Of a stretch of DNA of 64,000 nt, positions 52,801 through 61,800 are shown in pieces. The translations under genes and the position numbers were made by a program. The stretch's first letter is position 1. Each line of letters starts with the position of its first letter. The stretch comes from Aplysia californica (lineage: Eukaryota). The stretch is from positions 1,997,225-2,061,224 of the forward strand of contig NW_004797304.1 of the NCBI RefSeq assembly GCF_000002075.1, in the 5' to 3' direction. The notes under the pieces are model-generated. The model made no database searches and was not told where the DNA came from. It was given only the letters and a program-made list of their open reading frames with translations.

Positions 52801-55800
52801 TACATGTAATGAAATCTTAGATAGTCATACTTACTGTTCTTACATGTAATGAAATCTTAGATAGTCATACTTACTGTTCCTACACTGATTGCCTCCAAAA
52901 TAGTACTGGCTAGCTGGACACCGACACTTCTTTTCTCCACCAGAGGTCAAACACATAAGATTTCCATTACAACTGTAAGCAACGGTACAGCCACCTCCAT
53001 AGTTGATTTCTGGGGCAGGGTGAAATGGTGTTGCGTGGGGGACATAATAAAAAATAGAGTAGATAAGAATAGAATGATTACACACACACTAGACAAAATT
53101 GGTTACAGTCACCATTCACAAACAGCCAGGCTTATTGTAACTACATGGACAGTCCAACTAACTCCAGTGTTTAAATTTTCAATTACTGTACGTGTGGGTG
53201 TGTGGGTGTTGTATTTTTCTGTCTGTTCTGTAGATTTGATGTTTCTTTTTTGTAATGCTATATTTTAATTTGGTGTGAGCAATGTTAACATAGTGAGTTC
53301 TAGAGGCTCTTTGCTCTTTACAATGGAAGCCACAATGGGGGTGTCAATTTACAGCATGTCTTATTTTGTATCAGCGAACTCATTTTCTATAATTTTTATT
53401 TTACAGCGGTCCTATCCTATGCAAATACAGTAGTTCATCCACTTTGCATCCAACTTTGCAAGCAGGAAGATGTATATAGCGGACGTTATATTCCAAATTA
53501 GATCGAGCATAATAGAAAAGTATTTTATTCTTGACTGAGAAACAGTGAATGAGCATAAAGTGATGGAATGTAGCACTGGTGAGAATAAACAAAAGCCCCC
53601 AGCTCCTTTCATAGATGCATTTGCAGCAGCTGATATGGCACTAGATTCATCAGATGATGAGCTAGATTGAGTAAGATGTTTCTGATAGTGGCAGCATCGA
53701 TGAATTTAAGAGACAGGGGTGATTACATCAGCAAATAATAGTACCTTGAACTTGGGTTGCACGGAGAAGTAAGTGAAACCAGGTCAGATGTGCGGACGAA
53801 AATAGATTTCTAAAAACATTTTAGCAACAACTCAGAATGATTTTCCCTTCCTACCAATATCAGATATTGGCGAGAAGGGAGACGTGTATGGAAGTTACTA
53901 ACTGAACTCTTCCCTATCTTCTCTATAATACTCTTTTATTCAGTAACCCTAGCTCCTTGTTACACCAAGCCCCACATCCTCTGTTTTTTAGTTTAGCTTT
54001 AGTGAGAGTTTTACAGTACTTTCAACACAATTAGGCCATAGATGTGTCAACGATTACAGACGTTACAAGAGAGTAACGTACACACAAAAGGAGGAACAAT
54101 AAGGACGATGGATTTTTGAATGGAAACAAGGAGCAAACCACACCAGAGCACCGGCCATACACCCATAAAACACCCTCCATGTCCATATATGTATCTAAGT
54201 AATGCATCACAATGATGAGAAAGTGGAAACTTGCCAAAACATCAAAACCAGTTTTACTCACATCTACTCACATTTTGACCTCTACCTGTCTCACAGGGAC
54301 TTTTTTCATCCTTTCTCTTGGTTAAAATTGACGTCCTGTAGGATTATTTATTTGTGTCATGACCCCATGATATCAGGCGCTCCTCGACTTTTGAGAATAG
54401 GAAGCTACAGGTATAATCTTAAAGACTGTTCATTTGCCTTTCTTTTGATTAAAAAAAATATTCATCTCCCCTGCTTAAAAGTTAAGAGGTTGGTGACTGA
54501 AGGAGGTGCGGGTCGCCAGCTCTTACAAGAAAGTTTAGCGAGAAGATGGCTGCCAAACTCTCTGAAGGGATCTAACCAGACAGAACAAATACGAAAAAGA
54601 CTTTCCAAACATCTCTGTCTAAGCACGTGATGATACCTACTTTGACTAGGGCCATCTGTATCATACACCAGCGTAAAAGTGTTCAGGGAATACGATACAC
54701 TTTGGGGGGTTTTAATAAGTAAAGAAAACAGAGGCTCTATCCTCTCCGTTCTTTGATGTTTTTAAATCGAAACTTCGTAACTTCTCCCATTCCCTTTAGG
54801 CCATCAGCTTTTCATCGGAAATCTTTAAAAACAAGATCAATTACTGTTTCTGAAAACACACACAAACAGCGGTATTTTCTTCCTGTTTATTGTATTTGCT
54901 GGGTTGTGCACGACTTGGGACTCATTACGTAGACTGTGGGAAAAGTGAACACTTCCACAGAGCATCAAAAGTAAAAACAATTAAGACTTTGTCCGTGACT
55001 GTTTCCACGCACCAAGACTCACCCACCTCTCCATGACTATCCAGCAGCAGTCAGACCTACTGGACATTGACAAGTGACAGCAAAGATTTCCTTCTTCAGG
55101 TGGGTGACATACCTAAGACACAGAACTACGAGTCCTTTCAAAGGTAGAGTGTGGCTGTTGCTTAAAAGATTTGGGTATATGTCTGAAAACTGGAGCTTTA
55201 TTTAAACTGTGCTGATGAGTCAGCAAAATCCAATATTAATTATGAACCTTTGACCTAGTTGTACTATTTTTAAAATCCCCTAGCAGGCTGAACTAGGTCA
55301 CTACGATCAGAAAAAAGAACAGATCACAACAGAAAGAATAGATATCAGTACATCAAGTTCAGAACCTGCAAGTCAGCAATGTATGTTATATACCTGTGTA
55401 AGGAAAAGTGTCATGAATGCCGAACATCAATTACAACATCGCCGCCTTCATCAAGTCCCAACGGACCACGGACAGACAAAATGAACCAACCAAATGGGAA
55501 ATAAAACTAGAACAAACAACACAGTAACATACAAAAGGTTTCTAACAGCAGTTTGTACATTCAATGATAATGATGTAAACAAACTGTCAACAACTTCCTC
55601 ACACATGTTAAAGGACAACTTCCTCTCTCTCCGTCCTACTTACTTCGGGCACACTGGTTATTGCCAGTATGGTAGTCCGTGCTCAAACACTTGCACTTGG
55701 AGTTTAAACAACGAAGCTGTCCATCACATGGGTTATCTGACACAGATGGACACTGTCCATCATAGCCGATTTCTGGAGGAAAACAAAAGAGGGACAATAA

Positions 55801-58800
55801 ACATACTTGACAGTTCTGTTGACCTGACACAAAGATTGACCAATCACATTCTTTTGAGGATATAATATTTATTGTGTTAATTCTTTTATATGTCAGTATG
55901 GGTTTCCCCACCATATACCCCTCCCACTTATCCAAACTAAAAAAAACAAACAACTTTCACCATTTTTCCTTGTCCTCTCTTCAATTTTCTTTTATTAAAG
56001 ATCTCTTCACTCCTTGTGCCACCTAAAAACACATCCTCAATATCATTGCGGACACGTGTGTAAGTCACGCTAAACAATGAAGAAAAAGGGAAAATTGACC
56101 ATAATATCAAAACTTGCTTTGTTCACACCTACTCACTTTTTATCCTCCGCTTGTCTCAAAAGGACTCTTGTTCATCTCTCCTTTATGATTTTTTTTCCTT
56201 GTTGAAATTGAACACATACAGATTTCACCACTTTTTGAGGTTTTCAACTGAACTAGTCACCTAGTCTTCTACTGATATCTCACATTTCCCCTTCCTCCAT
56301 CTTTTTTCCACCAAGTCATATTATGACTTAAATAACACCTCCCCAGCCTTCCAAAGGCTCTTCTTTTGTTTTCTTCTACTTCTGCTCTGCCTCCAAATCT
56401 TTCTCAACATTCAACAGAATCCCGTTACTCAGGTTTTGAGCTAGCCCCCCCCCCCTCCTTACTATGCTTGTTATATGTGTGAAATGTGGTAAAATATGGT
56501 CCAGTAATAAGCGAGATAGCCTCCAGGTGTAGCCTCCCCCCCCCCCTCCCCCCATCTCCCCCACCGTATCCTACTTACTTGTGCCACACATGTGGTTGCC
56601 AGTGTAGTACTCCGTGTTAGAACACTTGCACCTGGAGTTGACATCACATAAAAGATCTCCAGCACATTGGTTCTCAGACCCTGGAGACCCCGATGTACAC
56701 TGTCCATCATAGCTGATTTCTGGAGGAAACCAAAACAAGGACAATAAACACTTGATATGTCTGTGAAATTGTCACAAAAATGAACCAATAACATTCTTTT
56801 GGGGGGAAAATATCTAGTGTGTTCATTGTATATTTCTACTATTATCAGATTTTTAAAAGGCCCATTTCCCTTTAATAAACTATCAAAAGACAGGCAGTTT
56901 TACACAGCTCTTCCTTACCATCTCTATAATACTCTTTTATTCAGTATCTCCTAGCTCCTTGTTACACCAAGCCCCACATCCTCTGTTTTTTAGTTTAGCT
57001 TAAGTGAGAGTTTTACAGTACTTTCAACACAATTAGGCCATAGATGTGTCAACGATTACAGACGTTACAAGAGAGTAACGTACACACAAAAGGAGGAACA
57101 ATAAGGACGATGGATTTTTGAAAGGAAACAAGGAGCAAACCACACCAGAGCACCGGCCACACACCCATAAAACACCCTCCATGTCCATATATGTATCTAA
57201 GTAATGCATCACAATGATGAGAAAGTGGAAACTGGNNNNNNNNNNNNNNNNNNNNNNNNNNNNNNNNNNNNNNNNNNNNNNNNNNNNNNNNNNNNNNNNN
57301 NNNNNNNNNNNNNNNNNNNNNNNNNNNNNNNNNNNCCCATCTCCCCCACCGTATCCTACTTACTTGTGCCACACATGTGGTTGCCAGTGTAGTACTCCGT
57401 GTTAGAACACTTGCACCTGGAGTTGACATCACATAAAAGATCTCCAGCACATTGGTTCTCAGACCCTGGAGACCCCGATGTACACTGTCCATCATAGCTG
57501 ATTTCTGGAGGAAACCAAAACAAGGACAATAAACACTTGATATGTCTGTGAAATTGTCACAAAAATGAACCAATAACATTCTTTTGGGGGGAAAATATCT
57601 AGTGTGTTCATTGTATATTTCTACTATTATCAGATTTTTAAAAGGCCCATTTCCCTTTAATAAACTATCAAAAGACAGGCAGTTTTACACAGCTCTTCCT
57701 TACCATCTCTATAATACTCTTTTATTCAGTATCTCCTAGCTCCTTGTTACACCAAGCCCCACATCCTCCATTTTTTAGTTTAGCTTAAGTGAGAGTTTTA
57801 CAGTACTTTCAACACAATTAGGCCATAGATGTGTCAACGATTACAGACGTTACAAGAGAGTAACGTACACACAACAGGAGGAACAATAAGAACGATGGAT
57901 TTTTGAAAGGAAACAAGGAGCAAACCACACCAGAGCACCGGCCACACACCCATAAAACACCCTCCATGTCCATATATGTATCTAAGTAATGCATCACAAT
58001 GATGAGAAAGTGGAAACTGGCCAAAACATCAAAACCACCTATACTTACATCTACTCACCTTTTGACCTCTACTTGTCTCACAGGGACTTTTTTTCATCCT
58101 TTCTTTTGGTTAAAATTGACCTCCTGTACGTTTAACTATTTGTGTCATGACCCCATGATAGCAGGTGCTCCTCAGCTTTTGAGAATAGGAAGCTAGAGGT
58201 ATAATCTCAAAGCCAATTCATTTGCCTTTCTTTTGATTAAACAAAATACTCATCTCCACCTCTTGAAAGTCAAGAGGTTTGTGACTGAAGGAGGTGCGGG
58301 TCGCCAGCTCTTACAAGAAAGTTTAGCGAGAAGATGGCTGCCAAACATTTTATCTCTGAAGGGATCTAACCAGACAGAAAAAAAACCAAAAAGACTTTCC
58401 AAACATCTCAGTCTAAGCACGTGATGATACCAACTTTGACTAGGGCCATCTGTATCACACACCAGCGTACAAGTGTTCAGGGAATACGATACACTTTGTG
58501 GGGTTTTAATAAGTAAAGAAAACAGAAGCTCTATCCTCTCCGTTCTTTGATGTTTTTAAATCAGTTCTCCGAGACCTCTCCCTTTCTCTTTAGGCCTTCA
58601 GATTTTCATTGGAAATCTTTAAAAGCAAGAACATTTATTGTTTCTGAAAACACGCACTAACAGTAGCATGTTCTTCCTGTTTATTGTATTGACAAGGTCG
58701 TGCACCACTTGGGACTCATTACGTAGACTGTGGGAAAAGTGAACACTTCCACAGAGCATCAAAAGTTTTTAAAAAAAACAAGTAAGACTTTGTTCCTGAC

Positions 58801-61800
58801 TGTAAGCACGCACCAAGACTCACCCACCTCTCGGTGGCTAATCAGCAACGGTCGGAAGGAAGAAAGTAACGATTATCTGGAAAGGAAAGACGTCGCCATA
58901 ATCAGATAGCCACCAGAACAACCAGTATACATACATTGCAGGCTTTGGTGCTGGGGGAAACAGAGTACTTATGGACCTGACCGGTGTGCAATGACGTGTT
59001 GCCCAGGACAGGTAATACAGGTAATGAAAGTGCTCGTCCCAAGACAAATATGTGGGAGATTTACTCAGCCTTAGCAACATCGCCGAGAGTGGGGAGGGGA
59101 GGGGTAGGGCAAGAAAGTCCTGTTGACCTCCAAAGCTGACACACCTTGGCTTATCTAGCAGTCGTCCTCAAAACTAATAGAAACCTGATGTAGAACTACG
59201 TGGCATTGAAGTTAATCAGGTCCATCCAAATATCTCTGAAAGCTAACATTACTTTCGCGGAACAGAAGATGACACATACAACACAAACACCGCTACATCT
59301 AATAGAATCGTAGTCATACTTACTGTCCCTACATGTAATGAAATCTTAGATAGTCATACTTACTGTTCTTACATGTAATGAAATCTTAGACAGCCATACT
59401 TACTGTTCCTAATTGTAATGAAATCTTAGATAGTCATACTTACTGTTCCTACATGTAATGAAATCTTAGATAGTCATACTTACTGTTCTTACATGTAATG
59501 AAATCTTAGATAGTCATACTTACTGTTCCTACACTGATTGCTGCCAAAATAGTACTGGCTAGCTGGACACAGACACTTCTTTTCTCCACCAGAGGTCAAA
59601 CACTGAAGATCATCATTACAACTGTCAGCAACGGTACAGCCACCTCCATAGTTGATTTCTGGGGCAGGGTGAAATGGTGTTGCGTGGGAGACAAAATCAA
59701 AAATACAGTAGATAAGAATAGAAAGATTATACACACACTAGACAAAATTGGTTATAGTCACCATTCACAAACAGCCAGGCTTATTGTAATTACATGGACA
59801 GTCCAACTAACTCCAGTGTTTAAATTATCCATTACTGTACGTGTGGGTGTGTGGGTGTCGTATTTTTCTGTCTGTTCTGTAGATTTGATGTTCCTTTTTG
59901 TAATGCTATATTTTAATTTGGTGTGAGCAATGTTAACATAGTGAGTTCTAGAGGCTCTTTGCTCTTTACAATGGAAGCCACAATGGGGGTGTCAATTTAC
60001 AGCATGTCTTATTTGTATCAGCGAACTCATTTTCTATAATTTTTATTTTACAGCGGTCCTATCCTATGCAAATACAGTAGTTCATCCACTTTATATCCAA
60101 CTTTGCAAGCAGGAAGATGTATATAGCGGACGTTGTATTCCAAATTAGATCGAGCATAATAGAAAAGTATTTTATTCTTGACTGAGAAACAGTGAATGAG
60201 CATAAAGTGATGGAATGTAGCACTGGTGAGAATAAATTTAAAAAACCAGCTCGTTTCATAGATGCATTTGCAGCAGCTGATAAGGCACTAGATTCATCAG
60301 ATGATGCCTACCATCATGAGCTAGATTGACTCAGGTGTTTCTGAAAGTGACAGCATCGATGAATTTAAGAGACAGAGGTGACTACATCAGCAGTTCATGG
60401 CAACCTGAACTTGGGTAGAACGGAGAAGCAAGTGAAACCAGGTCAGATGTGCGGACGAAAATAGATTTTTAAAAACATTGTAGCAATAACTCAGAATGAT
60501 TTTCCATTCCTACCTAAATCAGATATTGATGAGAAGGGAGACGTGTATGAAAAGTGACTAACCGAACTCTTCCCTATCTTCTCTATAATACTCTTTTATT
60601 CAGTATCTCCTAGCGCCTTGTTACGCCAGGCCCAACATCCTCTGTTTTTTAGTTTAGCTTAAGTGAGAGTTTTACAGGACTTTCAACACAATTAGGCCAT
60701 AGATGTGTCAACGATTACAGGTGTTACAAGAGAGTAACATACACAAAAAGGAGGAACAATAAGGACGATGGATGTTTGATAGGAAACAAGGAGCAAACCA
60801 CACCAGAGCACCGACCACACACCCCTAAAACACCCTCCACGTCCATGTATGTATCTAAGTAATGCATCACAATGATGAGAAAGTGGAAACTTGCCAAAAC
60901 ATCAAAACCAGTTTTACTGACATCTACTCCCATTCTGACCTCTACCTGTCTTACAGGGACTTTTTTTTCATCCTTTCTCTTGGTTAAAATTGACGTCCTG
61001 TAGGTTAAACTATTTGTGTCCTGACCCCATGATATCAGGCGCTCCTCATCTTTTGAGAATAGGAAGCTAGAGGTATAATCTTAAAGACTGTTCATTTGCC
61101 TTTCTTTTGATTTAAAAAAATATTCATCTCCACTGCTTAAAAGTCAAGAGGTTTGTGACTGAAGGAGGTGCGGGTCGCCAGCTCTTACAAGAAAGTTTAA
61201 CGAGAAGATGGCTTCCAAACTGTTTATCTCTGAAGGGGTCTAACCAGACAGAACAAAAACCAAAAAGACTTTCCAGACATCTCGGTCTAAGCACGTGATG
61301 ATACCAACTTTGACTAGGGCCATCTGTATCACACACCAGCGTACAAGTGTTCAGGGAATACGATACACTTCGTGGGGTTTTAATAAGTAAAGAAAACAGA
61401 GGCTCTATCCTCTCCGTTCTTTGATGTGTTTAAATCAGCTCTTTGAGACTTCTCCCTTTCTCTTTAGGCCTTCGGCTTTTCATTGGAAATCTTTAAAAAC
61501 AAGAACATTTATTGTTTCTGAAAACACGCACTAACAGTAACATGTTCTTCCTGTTTATTGTATTGGCTGGGTTGTGCACCACTTGGGACTCATTACGTAG
61601 ACTGTGGGAAAAGTGAACCCTTCCACACAGCATCAAAAGTAAAAAAAACAACAACAAGTAAGACTTTGTCCCTGACTGTAAGCACGCGCCAAGACTCACC
61701 CACCTCTCGGTGGCTAATCAGCAACGGTCGGAAGGAAGAAAGGAACGATTATCTGGAAAGGGAAGACGTCGCCATAATCAGATAGCCACCGGAACAACCA

